From Blastocatellia bacterium (GTDB lineage: Bacteria; Acidobacteriota; Blastocatellia; UBA7656), in contig CAVXWP010000002.1 in the NCBI GenBank assembly GCA_963765495.1, positions 96,001 to 160,000 on the forward strand: a stretch of 64,000 nucleotides of DNA, in the 5' to 3' direction. Position numbers and translations under genes: made by a program. Positions within the stretch are counted from its first letter, which is position 1, and each line of letters opens with the position of its first letter. The notes below the pieces were generated by a model. The model was given only the letters and a program-made list of their open reading frames with translations. It had not been told where the DNA came from and searched no databases. Shown here piece after piece: positions 46,956 through 56,880 of the stretch.

Positions 46956-47438
46956 ATGGCAAAAATCGGCATAAACGTAAAGGTCAACGGCGAGGAGCAT
47001 TCGGCGGAAGTCGAGCCGCGAATGCTGCTGGTCCACTTCATCCGCGAAGTTCTTCGCCTCACCGGAACCCACATAGGCTGCGACACCAGCCACTGCGGAG
47101 CCTGCACGGTCGTCGTTGACGGCAGGGCCGTAAAGTCCTGCACCATGTTTGCCGTACAGGCCAACGGGCGCGAACTGCTCACGGTCGAAGGGCTCGAACA
47201 GGACGGCAAGCTCCACGCTTTACAGGAAGGCTTCTTCCAGGAACACGGCCTACAGTGCGGCTACTGCACGCCCGGCATGCTTATGACGGGATATGTTTTT
47301 CTCAAGGGCAACGCGAACCCGACCGAAGACGAGATTCGTCACGCTATATCAGGCAATCTGTGCCGATGCACTGGCTATGTAAATATCGTCAAGGCTTATG
47401 AATATGCCGCGGCAAAGCTCGCCGAAGGAGGTGCATAA
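46956..47438 (+). CDS. coxS: Aerobic CO dehydrogenase small (2Fe-2S) subunit
   Basis: [27 protein letters not shown]. Confidence 0.95.
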   Translation: MAKIGINVKVNGEEHSAEVEPRMLLVHFIREVLRLTGTHIGCDTSHCGACTVVVDGRAVKSCTMFAVQANGRELLTVEGLEQDGKLHALQEGFFQEHGLQCGYCTPGMLMTGYVFLKGNANPTEDEIRHAISGNLCRCTGYVNIVKAYEYAAAKLAEGGA

Positions 47439-47439
47439 G

Positions 47440-49806
47440 ATGACGCTAAAAACACCACCGGAAATCGGAGGCATGGGCCACTCGGTCAAGAGAAAGGAAG
47501 ACCCCCGCTTTATTCGCGGCAAAGGGACATACGTGGACGACATTGTGCTGCCCGACATGCTCTATCTGAGCATCGTTCGCAGCCCCTATGCTCACGCTAG
47601 GATCAAGAACATCGACACTTCGAAGGCGCTCGCGATCCCCGGAGTGCTCGCGGTCATTACGGGCAAGGACCTTGAAAAATATAACCTCCACTGGATGCCC
47701 ACGCTGATGTCGGATACTCAGATGGTCTTGCCCGTAGAGAAAGTTATGTATCAGGCACAGGAGGTCGCGGCCGTGCTTGCCACAGATCGCTACATCGCGG
47801 CCGATGGAAGGGATGCTGTCGAAATTGATTATGACCCTCTGCCCGTAGTGGTCGATCCGAAGAAGGCATTGCTTCCCGACGCGCCCGTACTCAGAACCGA
47901 CAAGCCCGATAAAAAAGACAATCACATCTGGCACTGGGAATGGGGCGACCGCGAAGCGACCGACAAGATGTTCGAAGAAGCCGAGGTCACTGTAAAGGAA
48001 GATATTTACATCCCGCGTATTCACGTCTCATCGATTGAGACCTGCGGCTGCGTGGCCTCTTTCAACAAGATAAGTGGAAAGCTTACCGTGTGGATGACCA
48101 CGCAAGCGCCGCACGCGATACGAACCGTATTTGCGCTTGTCGCCGGTCACGTAGGGCTTGCCGAACACAAGATTCAAATCATCTCGCCCGACATCGGCGG
48201 CGGGTTCGGAGGCAAAGTCCCGGTCTATCCCGGTTATGTGATCGCGGTCGCGGCTTCGGTGCTCACGGGCAAGCCCGTCAAGTGGATCGAAGACCGCATG
48301 GAGAACCTTCAGGCCGATTCATTTGCGCGCGATTATCACATCACGGCGGAACTGGCCGGGAAAAAGGACGGAGAGCTTACGGCCCTGCGCATCAAGACCA
48401 TAGCCGATCACGGCTACACCGATGCCGCCGCGAATCCCTCAAAGTTCCCTGCCGGTCTGTTTCACATCTGTACGGGGTCATATGATCTGAAGGCCGCGCA
48501 CGTCGAAGTCGATGCCGCCTACACAAACAAACCGCCGGGAGGGATCGCTTATCGCTGCTCGTTCCGCGTGACCGAAGCCGTACACACAATCGAGCGCATG
48601 ACCGATCTGTTCGCTCACGAAATTGAGATGGACCCGGCTGAGCTTCGACTCAAGAATTTCATCCAGCCCGAGCGTTTCCCCTACAAATCGGCGCTTGGCT
48701 GGGAGTATGACAGCGGCAATTATGCAGCCGCGCTGCACAAGGCTATGGAGAAGATAGGCTATGCCGATTTGCGAAAGGAGCAGATCGAGCGCCGCGCTCG
48801 CGGAGAGCTTATGGGGATCGGCATAAGCTCTTTTACCGAGATAGTCGGGGCAGGCCCGTCAAAGCACTTCGACATCCTTGGTCTGAAGATGTTCGACAGC
48901 GCCGAAATCCGCATACACCCCACGGGCAAGGCGATAGCGCGATTCGGGACCAAATCTCAAGGGCAGGGACACGAGACGACCTACGCGCAAATTCTCGCTG
49001 AAGAACTCGGCATCCCGGTTGACGACATAGTAGTTGAGGAAGGCGATACCGACACGGCACCATACGGGCTTGGCACATACGCCAGTCGCAGCACGCCGGT
49101 CGCGGGCGCGGCGGCAGCCGTAGCCGCTCGCAAAATAAGAGACAAGGCAAAGAAGATAGCCGCCTATCTGCTCGAAGCCAGCGAAGATGATCTTGAGTGG
49201 GAGCCGGGCAGATTCTTTGTAAAGGGCTCGCCTGATCGCGCAAGCACGATTCAGGAGATCGCGCTCGCCGCCTACACGAATCATCCTCAAGGAATGGAGG
49301 CCGGTCTTGAGGCCGTTTCCTATTACGACCCGCCGAATCTCACTTTTCCGTTTGGCAGCTATATCTGCGTAGTCGATATTGACAATGGAACGGGCGAAGT
49401 AAAGATACGCCGTTTCGTAGCCGTAGACGACTGCGGCAACATCATCAACCCGATGATAGTCGAAGGCCAGATACACGGCGGGTTGACTATGGGGCTCGGA
49501 CCGGCGCTCTACGAAGAGATTCAGTACGACGACAGCGGAAATATTCTGCAAGGCAGTTTCATGAATTATCTGTTGCCCACGGCGGTCGAAACGCCAAACT
49601 GGGAGACAGATAAGACCTGCACGCCTTCGCCTCACCATCCGCTTGGCGCAAAAGGCGTGGGAGAGTCTGCCACCGTAGGCGCGCCTGCCGCGATAGTCAA
49701 CGCCGTGGTGGATGCGCTCTGGCATCTTGGCGTCAGGCACATTGACATTCCGATCACTCCGCCAAAGGTCTGGAAGCTTTTGCGAGAAGCGGGAGTAAGG
49801 GAGTAG
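47440..49806 (+). CDS. coxL: Aerobic CO dehydrogenase large subunit, form I
   Basis: AYRCSFR active-site loop (form I AYxCSFR), GGGFGGKV, QGQGHETT, AKGVGES. Confidence 0.95.
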   Translation: MTLKTPPEIGGMGHSVKRKEDPRFIRGKGTYVDDIVLPDMLYLSIVRSPYAHARIKNIDTSKALAIPGVLAVITGKDLEKYNLHWMPTLMSDTQMVLPVEKVMYQAQEVAAVLATDRYIAADGRDAVEIDYDPLPVVVDPKKALLPDAPVLRTDKPDKKDNHIWHWEWGDREATDKMFEEAEVTVKEDIYIPRIHVSSIETCGCVASFNKISGKLTVWMTTQAPHAIRTVFALVAGHVGLAEHKIQIISPDIGGGFGGKVPVYPGYVIAVAASVLTGKPVKWIEDRMENLQADSFARDYHITAELAGKKDGELTALRIKTIADHGYTDAAANPSKFPAGLFHICTGSYDLKAAHVEVDAAYTNKPPGGIAYRCSFRVTEAVHTIERMTDLFAHEIEMDPAELRLKNFIQPERFPYKSALGWEYDSGNYAAALHKAMEKIGYADLRKEQIERRARGELMGIGISSFTEIVGAGPSKHFDILGLKMFDSAEIRIHPTGKAIARFGTKSQGQGHETTYAQILAEELGIPVDDIVVEEGDTDTAPYGLGTYASRSTPVAGAAAAVAARKIRDKAKKIAAYLLEASEDDLEWEPGRFFVKGSPDRASTIQEIALAAYTNHPQGMEAGLEAVSYYDPPNLTFPFGSYICVVDIDNGTGEVKIRRFVAVDDCGNIINPMIVEGQIHGGLTMGLGPALYEEIQYDDSGNILQGSFMNYLLPTAVETPNWETDKTCTPSPHHPLGAKGVGESATVGAPAAIVNAVVDALWHLGVRHIDIPITPPKVWKLLREAGVRE

Positions 49807-49813
49807 TTCGCCC

Positions 49814-50833
49814 ATGTGGAGTGATGCTATCGAGCAGGCCGGTCGGTTGCGCGAAAAAGAAGAGCCTTTCGTAATCGCCACCGTGGTGGCATTCAAGAGC
49901 CCGCAGTCGGCCCGGCCCGGCTCAAAGGCTATAATAAAACCCGACGGCTCGATAACCGGCTGGATCGGCGGCGGGTGTGTTCAACCCATAGTAATTCGCG
50001 AGGCGCTCAAGGCGCTTAAAACAGCCCGGCCAAAACTCGTGAGCATAAGTCCCGAAGATGCGCGCGAAGATTGGAAGGGGGTCGAGTCTTTCCAGATGAC
50101 CTGTCAGGGCGGCGGCTCGCTTGAAATATTTCTCGAGCCGGTGCTTCCAAAACCCCAGCTTGTAATCATAGGCCGCTCGCCTATGGCGCAGATTCTTTCC
50201 GGGCTTGGCCGCCTGCTCGACTTCAAAGTCTGTGTAGCAGACCCCGAGGCTTCACCCGAAGAGTTCACCGACGCACACATCGTCCTGACCGACCTTGTCG
50301 AGGCGCGGGGCCGTATAGATTCGCAGAGCTACGTCGTGGTTGCAACCATGGGAAACGGCGACGAAGAAGGTCTCGAAGCGGTCGCCCCGACAAACCCTGC
50401 TTATCTGGGACTGGTCGCAAGCAAAGAGAAGGCAAAATCGCTCTTTCAATATATCGGCGAGAAGGGGATTCCGCGTGAATCTCTCGACCGCATAAAGTGC
50501 CCTGCCGGGCTTGAGCTTGGAGCCGAAACACTGCCCGAAATCGCGCTCAGTGTTATGGCTGAAATCACACGGCTGCGGAGACAGGCGACAGCGCCTCCGG
50601 TTGAAGCGCCAAAAGCCTCAAAAGGCACGGCGCTGCCGATCATGCAAAAGGGCACGCAGGCGGAATCCGCAGATGAGAGTATTGACCCCGTGTGCGGGAT
50701 GAGTGTGGCGAGGGCGAACGCAAGATACACGGCTGAATTTCAAAATGAGATGTTTTATTTCTGCTGCCTTCGGTGCAAAGAGAGTTTTGAGAAATCTCCC
50801 GCATCATATCTCGAAACCACAGGCAAGCTATGA
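49814..50833 (+). CDS. XdhC/CoxF-like Moco chaperone fused to a C-terminal YHS/TRASH domain
   Basis: GWIGGGC, MTCQGGG, PEIALSVMAEI; DPVCGM...YFCCLRCKESF. Confidence 0.88.
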   Translation: MWSDAIEQAGRLREKEEPFVIATVVAFKSPQSARPGSKAIIKPDGSITGWIGGGCVQPIVIREALKALKTARPKLVSISPEDAREDWKGVESFQMTCQGGGSLEIFLEPVLPKPQLVIIGRSPMAQILSGLGRLLDFKVCVADPEASPEEFTDAHIVLTDLVEARGRIDSQSYVVVATMGNGDEEGLEAVAPTNPAYLGLVASKEKAKSLFQYIGEKGIPRESLDRIKCPAGLELGAETLPEIALSVMAEITRLRRQATAPPVEAPKASKGTALPIMQKGTQAESADESIDPVCGMSVARANARYTAEFQNEMFYFCCLRCKESFEKSPASYLETTGKL

Positions 50834-51450
50834 GGAAGTTTATCACCGGGCTGGTTCTCGGGGCGGGCGCGTCGAGCCGTTTCGGACAGCCTAAACAGCT
50901 TTCGCCCTTCCGTGGAGGGACCCTTCTCGGCTGGGTCATCTCTCAGGCCGAAAAGGCATCGGGGCTTGATGAAGTAATCGTAGTCCTCGGTCGCGCAGCC
51001 GATGAGATCCGCGAGCGGGTCAGTTTCGGAAATGCCAGAGTCGTAGTCAACCCCGTGTTTGGCGAAGGCTGCGCTTCCTCTTATCGCGCAGGGATAGGCG
51101 CGCTCGACCCCGTATGCGAGGCGATTATGATTATCCTCGGCGATCAACCCGGAGTCGATCCTGATACTATTGACCGCGTAGCTGATTTCTGGCGGCAAAG
51201 CGATGGTCAGATCGTGCTGGCATCATATCAGGGCAGGAAAGGCCATCCCATGATTTTTGCAAAACCGCTGTTTGACAAACTCGTCGGACTGCATGGCGAT
51301 AAGGCGGCGTGGAAGGTCGTAGACGCAAACCCTTCGCTCGTTCGCGAAGTAGAATTTGATCGCCCTTTTCCCGAGGATATAAATACGCCGGAAGACTTCG
51401 AGCGCGCCAAATCGGATCGCCACGTTGAAGCGGGAATAGACCCCGGATAA
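50830..51450 (+). CDS. Molybdenum cofactor cytidylyltransferase (MocA-like)
   Basis: LGAGASSRFGQPKQL, LGDQP, GHP, DINTPEDF. Confidence 0.88.
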   Translation: MRKFITGLVLGAGASSRFGQPKQLSPFRGGTLLGWVISQAEKASGLDEVIVVLGRAADEIRERVSFGNARVVVNPVFGEGCASSYRAGIGALDPVCEAIMIILGDQPGVDPDTIDRVADFWRQSDGQIVLASYQGRKGHPMIFAKPLFDKLVGLHGDKAAWKVVDANPSLVREVEFDRPFPEDINTPEDFERAKSDRHVEAGIDPG

Positions 51451-51519
51451 CGCGATCTATTTCGATCTGCTTCTTATTCAGATTCATCTGTACCGATCTC
51501 TTGCGGAAGTACATATCTT

Positions 51520-52269
51520 ATGATCTGTTCAACCCCCTCCTGGCAGGCTCCGCCGGAACACAATAGCCTTGAGCTTGATGAGGTGCATGTCTGGCGCGCA
51601 AGTCTGGATCAGGACTCTGCCTGCGTCGGCAGCCTGTATGAGACGCTGACGGTTGACGAGCGAAGCCGCGCCGAAAGGTACTATTTCGAAAAGGATCGAA
51701 AGCATTTCATCGTTGCGCGAGGGGTGCTCAGAGAGATTCTGAGTCGTCATATCGGCATCGACCCGAGTCAGCTTCGCTTCACCTATAACGAATATGGGAA
51801 GCCCGCGCTCGTCGCCTCGCAGGAGGGAGAGGGACTGCGCTTCAACGTGTCGCATTCGGGTGGGTTCGCTTTGTTTGCCTTCACCCGGCGGATGGAAATT
51901 GGCGTAGACATTGAGGAGATTCGCATGGATTTTGCGAGCGATGAAATCGCGAGACAGTTCTTTTCCCCCAAAGAGGTCCGCGCCCTCGCCACGGTCCCGG
52001 ACCCCTTGCGGGTCGAGGCCTTTTTCAACTGTTGGACGCGCAAAGAAGCATACATAAAGGCGAGAGGCTTAGGACTATCTCTGCCGCTGGACGGGTTCGA
52101 GGTTTCGCTCTTACCGGGTCAGAAAGCGACTTTGTTGAGCACGAGACCCAACCCCGACGAAGCCCTGCGATGGTCAATGTGCGAATTGAGGCCGGGCCGT
52201 GGATTTGCCGCTGCTGTTGCCGTGGAAGGCCACGAGTGGCGACTCAAGTGCTGGCAATGGACAAAATAG
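51520..52269 (+). CDS. Sfp/HetI-type 4'-phosphopantetheinyl transferase
   Basis: YGKP, FNVSHS, IGVDIE, WTRKEAYIKARGLGL. Confidence 0.92.
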   Translation: MICSTPSWQAPPEHNSLELDEVHVWRASLDQDSACVGSLYETLTVDERSRAERYYFEKDRKHFIVARGVLREILSRHIGIDPSQLRFTYNEYGKPALVASQEGEGLRFNVSHSGGFALFAFTRRMEIGVDIEEIRMDFASDEIARQFFSPKEVRALATVPDPLRVEAFFNCWTRKEAYIKARGLGLSLPLDGFEVSLLPGQKATLLSTRPNPDEALRWSMCELRPGRGFAAAVAVEGHEWRLKCWQWTK

Positions 52270-52328
52270 AAAATGCGTGACGGGTGAAGAACGAGAAAGA
52301 ATTTGACCGCGATTAACAAGATTAAGAG

Positions 52329-53225
52329 GTGAATGTGAGGGAAGAAGTCAGAAAGGTTCAGGAATTACTCCGCGAGCGAGCCTATGTCACAGACGCCGCG
52401 ATAGCCACTTCGCTTTATCTGAGCATGCGGCTGGGAAAGCCTCTGCTTGTAGAAGGACCGGCAGGCGTGGGCAAGACCGAAATCGCCAAAGTGCTCGCGC
52501 TCGCGCTCGAAACCAATCTGGTGCGCCTTCAATGTTATGAAGGTCTTGACGCCACGACCGCGCTCTATGAATGGAACTATCCCAAACAACTGCTCCACAT
52601 CAAACTTCAGGATGCCGCCTCGTCCGCAGCGGCTGAAAAAGAGGCAGAGATTTTCAGCGAGGCGTTCCTGTTAAAGCGCCCGCTGCTCGAAGCCATAAGC
52701 GACCCGGTTCGCTCGCCGGTCCTTTTGATTGATGAAGTGGATCGAAGCGATGAGGAATTCGAAGCCTTCCTTCTTGAAGTCCTCTCGGAATTTCAAGTGA
52801 CGATTCCCGAAATCGGCTCGATCAAGGCCACTCATCGTCCGCACGTAGTCTTGACCTCGAACCGTTCCCGCGAGCTTTCCGATGCCCTTCGTCGAAGATG
52901 TCTTTATCACTGGATTGATTATCCGTCGTTTGAAAAAGAGCTTGAAATCGTGCGCGCAAAAGTTCCCGCAATCAGCCAGACTCTTTCGATAGAGCTTACG
53001 CGCCTGATTCAAGCTGTCAGAAGACTCAATATGGCCAAGGTTCCCGGCGTAGCCGAAACGCTGGACTGGGCCTCGGCGCTCGTAGCCTTGAACGCATCCA
53101 AACTCGATAAAGAAATAGTTACAGAAACCGTCGGCTGTTTTCTAAAGGACGAATCGGACCTGCGCCGGTTTGAAGCCGAGATAAATGCCGGTCTTCTCAA
53201 CGAAACATTGAATCCCATCTCATGA
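52329..53225 (+). CDS. coxD: MoxR-type AAA+ ATPase
   Basis: EGPAGVGKT, RLQCYEGLD, LLIDEVDR, ELSDALRRRC. Confidence 0.88.
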   Translation: MNVREEVRKVQELLRERAYVTDAAIATSLYLSMRLGKPLLVEGPAGVGKTEIAKVLALALETNLVRLQCYEGLDATTALYEWNYPKQLLHIKLQDAASSAAAEKEAEIFSEAFLLKRPLLEAISDPVRSPVLLIDEVDRSDEEFEAFLLEVLSEFQVTIPEIGSIKATHRPHVVLTSNRSRELSDALRRRCLYHWIDYPSFEKELEIVRAKVPAISQTLSIELTRLIQAVRRLNMAKVPGVAETLDWASALVALNASKLDKEIVTETVGCFLKDESDLRRFEAEINAGLLNETLNPIS

Positions 53226-54385
53226 CCTCACCATTAATCAAAACCGAAATGCTGATTGAAGCGGTCGCTTTTTGCAGGGCGCTCAGAGAGCGAGGCGTCG
53301 CCTTGACGCCTTCCAAAGCTATTGATGCAATCGCGACACTCAGCCTGATCGACACGAGCGACCGGCAGGAGACCTTCCTGAGTTTGAGATGCGTGCTCAC
53401 ATCTCGCGTGGAAGACCTCCCGGTTTTTGAAGAACTATTCGAATCGTTTTGGAGACGACTGGGGCGAGCCTCGGAGGCGCGTAAGTTCGTCGAGCCTGCG
53501 GAGTCTCAGCCAGCAAAGCCACGGGTGCGGTTATCTTCCCAACCACTCACACGAAAGGGGCTGGCCTTCTTTCTCGAAAACTGGGGCGCGAGGCGTGCCG
53601 AATCGACCGAGCCGATCAAACTGCCCGGCGCAAGCGATACGCCGGGCGCGACGGAAAAAGATTTTAGTTTGTTTGAAGCCGACGCGCTCGAAGAAATTTC
53701 GAGAACTGCGCGGAAGATACTTCGCCGACTTGCTCGGAATCCGAGCCGCCGATGGAAACCTGTCAGACGCGGGCCAAGAGTGGATCTTCGCCGCGCACTT
53801 CGCCAATCATTGAGATCGGGAGGCGAGATAGTAGAACTCTCATTCAAACGACGAAAGCCAAAGAAGACCCGCCTCGTAGTTCTATGCGACGTGTCGGGCT
53901 CGATGGATGTCTACAGCCGGGTTCTCCTTCAATTTGTTTACGGGCTTCAAAACAGTTTTGCGCGGGTCGAATCATTCATCTTTTCCACGACCATCGAACG
54001 CATAACGGGCCACATAAAGGGAAAAGGCTACGATCAGGCGCTTGAGCGGCTGGCCGGGAATGTGCGAGGCTGGTCGGGCGGTACGCTCATCGGGCCAAGC
54101 CTTGCGGAATTCAATTCCGGCTGGCCGAGGATCGTAGACCGGCGCACAATCGTCATCATTCTGAGCGATGGATGGGATACGGCTCCGCCCGATGTGCTTT
54201 CCGGCGCACTTGCCGATTTGAAAAGGCGCGCGGGAAAATTGATATGGCTCAACCCCTTGCTTGGGAATCCCGACTATCAGCCGCTCGTTCGAGGGATGCA
54301 GGCGGCGCTTCCGCACATAGATGTGCTCGCTCCCTTGCATAATCTGGCGAGCCTTAAGGCGTTGGAGCGACATCTGATCCTGTGA
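53222..54385 (+). CDS. coxE: VWA domain protein
   Basis: LCDVSGSM, WSGGT, ILSDGWD, WLNPL. Confidence 0.88.
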   Translation: MTSPLIKTEMLIEAVAFCRALRERGVALTPSKAIDAIATLSLIDTSDRQETFLSLRCVLTSRVEDLPVFEELFESFWRRLGRASEARKFVEPAESQPAKPRVRLSSQPLTRKGLAFFLENWGARRAESTEPIKLPGASDTPGATEKDFSLFEADALEEISRTARKILRRLARNPSRRWKPVRRGPRVDLRRALRQSLRSGGEIVELSFKRRKPKKTRLVVLCDVSGSMDVYSRVLLQFVYGLQNSFARVESFIFSTTIERITGHIKGKGYDQALERLAGNVRGWSGGTLIGPSLAEFNSGWPRIVDRRTIVIILSDGWDTAPPDVLSGALADLKRRAGKLIWLNPLLGNPDYQPLVRGMQAALPHIDVLAPLHNLASLKALERHLIL

Positions 54386-54392
54386 GGCGATT

Positions 54393-55481
54393 ATGGAAGA
54401 GGTCTTTGATCAAATCGAGACTCTGAGAGAAACCGAGAAACGGGTGGCGATGACTACGCTTGTAGCTACCCGTGGCACGAGTCCAAAAAAAGAAGGCGCG
54501 AAGATGTGGGTGAGCGAACGCGGTCACATACTGGGGTCTGTGACCATCGGCGGATGTGTTGATGCAAGAGTGATCGAGGAGTCGGAGGAAGCGATTGCCT
54601 CTTTCACGCCCCGAAACCTTTCAATCGAACTGGGCGAAGAGGATGCCTGGGAAACCGGGTTTACCTGCGCCGGGACCATTCAGGTTATGATCGAACCCCT
54701 TGATCTGACCGACACGAAAAACAATCTGATAGGCGTATACCGCGCGGTTCGCGCCGAGGTCGAGCGCGGACACAGCGCCGCCATAGCCACGCTGCTTGAA
54801 GGCGACAGATCGCGGCTGGTCGTATTCGATGATGGTCACACGTCCGGCACTCTGGGGAGCACCCGTCTTGATCGAGAAGCGCAAGACCTGGCCCTCGATC
54901 TGATCGGAAGGCGTTTGTCTCGCACAATCTCGATCAACACCGACTCAGCACCCGTCGAAGTATTCTTTGAGGTACACGGCCCGCCGCCCACTATAATCAT
55001 CTTCGGGGCAGGAAACATCTCTATGCCTCTCGTGAATCTGTCAAAAGAGTTGGGGCTGAAAGCCGTGGTCGTTGACGGCAGACCTCGTTTCGCAACAAGA
55101 GAGCGGTTCCCAAAAACGGACGAGTTGCTCATCGGTATTCCTTCCGAAATCGCCCGGTCGCTTTCTTATAATTCTTCTACGATAGTCGTGCTGGCGGCGC
55201 ACGACTACAAGTATGATATTCCCGTGCTAAAGACCGTACTGACATCCGAAGCCGCCTACATCGGCATGCTTGGGAGTCACAGAAGAGGCGAAGCAATCTT
55301 GAAATTCCTGAAAGAGAGCGGTCTGGAAGATGAATCTCTCGCCCGCGTGCACGTCCCGACGGGGCTGGACATCGGAGCAGAAACGGCAGCCGAGATAGCC
55401 CTGAGCATACTGGCCGAAGCGATGGCGGTAAGAGCAGACAGGACGGCCCGAAAGATGAGAGAAGAGGTAGACAAGCGATGA
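54393..55481 (+). CDS. XdhC/CoxI-family protein
   Basis: GSVTIGGCVD, GFTCAG, YIGMLGS, GLDIGAETAAEIALSILAE. Confidence 0.88.
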   Translation: MEEVFDQIETLRETEKRVAMTTLVATRGTSPKKEGAKMWVSERGHILGSVTIGGCVDARVIEESEEAIASFTPRNLSIELGEEDAWETGFTCAGTIQVMIEPLDLTDTKNNLIGVYRAVRAEVERGHSAAIATLLEGDRSRLVVFDDGHTSGTLGSTRLDREAQDLALDLIGRRLSRTISINTDSAPVEVFFEVHGPPPTIIIFGAGNISMPLVNLSKELGLKAVVVDGRPRFATRERFPKTDELLIGIPSEIARSLSYNSSTIVVLAAHDYKYDIPVLKTVLTSEAAYIGMLGSHRRGEAILKFLKESGLEDESLARVHVPTGLDIGAETAAEIALSILAEAMAVRADRTARKMREEVDKR

Positions 55482-55867
55482 CGGCGCTCTATGATGAGGT
55501 GCTGCTGGATCATTTCCGCAACCCTCGCAACGTCGGAAGCCTGGCGGACCCCGACATCGTTTACGAAGATGTAAATCCCTTGTGCGGGGATCGTATCAGG
55601 ATCGAGTTGAAACTTTGCGGGAACAGAATCGAGGCGGCTCGCTTTCGAGGCGACGGGTGCGCCATCAGCATCGCCTCGGCTTCCATGCTCACTGAGTTGA
55701 TCGCGGGCGCAAGCATTGATGAGGGCGATGTGATTTCCAGTGACGTGCTTCTTTCAGCACTAAAGAGCACGATAAGATCATCGCGGATGAAATGCGCTAT
55801 GCTTGCGCTTGATGTGCTTCGAGCGGGCGTGAAACATTACAGGGGGCCTGAAAACGCCGATCCATAA
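55478..55867 (+). CDS. SufU/IscU-like scaffold or sulfur-transfer protein
   Basis: LDHFRNPRN, NPLCGD, GCAISIASAS, RMKCA. Confidence 0.88.
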   Translation: MTALYDEVLLDHFRNPRNVGSLADPDIVYEDVNPLCGDRIRIELKLCGNRIEAARFRGDGCAISIASASMLTELIAGASIDEGDVISSDVLLSALKSTIRSSRMKCAMLALDVLRAGVKHYRGPENADP

Positions 55868-55877
55868 CGGCGCAGAT

Positions 55878-56663
55878 TCAATTGCCCTGCCCTCCAAGCA
55901 GACCTCGGAATCGGCGCGCGATCACCGCCCAGAGCGCGCGAAGTACAAGCCCGATACCACTCACTGGTTTTGTTTCAACCGCCGGGGCAGACGCTCTACC
56001 ACCATTGTCGGACTGTGAAACCAGCGTTGCAGAACTGGCCGGTCGAGCCTCCGCCGTTTCGGCTAAAGAGTCCTGCGCCCCCGGCGCAACGGGTTCAGCT
56101 CCGAGCGATTCATCAGCCTGAATTTCAGTCGATTGAGCTTCAGTCGATTGAGTTTCAGTCGATTGAGTTTCAGTCGATTGAGTTTCAGCCGGTTCAGGTT
56201 CTTCGGGGGCCTCAAGATGTTGCTTGACGCAGTTGGAAAATTGCCGAAACAGTTGCCGGGACACTTCTTCGATCATGCCGCGCCCAAACTGGACTATCTT
56301 TCCGACAAGATCGACGTCAGATTCGACAACCACCTGCGAGCCGCCGCCTTCGAGCGGCGTGACGCGACTCAACATCGAAACCTTTGCAGACCCGGTCCCG
56401 CCCGTTTCGCGACCTTCTCCTACGATCCTGACCTCGTGATTTTCTTCATCCACCTCGGTGAATTTCACGAGTCCCTTGTATGACATGCTGAGCGGGCCAA
56501 CCTTTACCTTAACCGCGCCGACAAATGTGCGCTCATCCTGCGACTCAAGCAACTCCGCGCCGGGGATGCATACGACTACCCTTTGAGGGTCGATCAGAAA
56601 TTTCCAGACGCGTTCGACCGGCGCTTGCAATTCAAATTGTTCTTTTATCTTAAAAGGCATCAA
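55878..56663 (-). CDS. coxG: CoxG/SRPBCC family protein
   Basis: APVERVWKFLIDP...CIPGA...KVKVGP...GKIVQFGRGMI; low-complexity linker; C-terminal amphipathic helix. Confidence 0.85.
   Translation of the reverse strand: MMPFKIKEQFELQAPVERVWKFLIDPQRVVVCIPGAELLESQDERTFVGAVKVKVGPLSMSYKGLVKFTEVDEENHEVRIVGEGRETGGTGSAKVSMLSRVTPLEGGGSQVVVESDVDLVGKIVQFGRGMIEEVSRQLFRQFSNCVKQHLEAPEEPEPAETQSTETQSTETQSTEAQSTEIQADESLGAEPVAPGAQDSLAETAEARPASSATLVSQSDNGGRASAPAVETKPVSGIGLVLRALWAVIARRFRGLLGGQGN
56123..56188. repeat. 15-bp tandem repeat (~4.4 copies) within coxG
   Basis: TTTCAGTCGATTGAG units encoding ETQST repeats. Confidence 0.92.
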
Positions 56664-56880
56664 TTACCTCCGTTCATGGAATGTCGACCCGGTTAAGCAT
56701 GGGATGAAAGTGAGTATACACCGGCTCCCGAGCATTTTCATGCAGGCCGTCGCAACTGCAAAAGATGACTGTCTTGCGGCAGGCCAGTGTGTTGACCGTT
56801 CGCGCACCTTGACACCGGCTATCGCTTCATGGATGGTAGTTGCTGCGGAGGCGTTTCCCAACTATTCATAAGGAGGGCAG

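Noticed and set aside
48859-49896. 345-aa minus-strand ORF and similar long antisense ORFs (28085-29029, 24689-25378)
   Set aside because: Shadows of well-supported plus-strand genes (coxL, SDR, ADH) caused by codon bias
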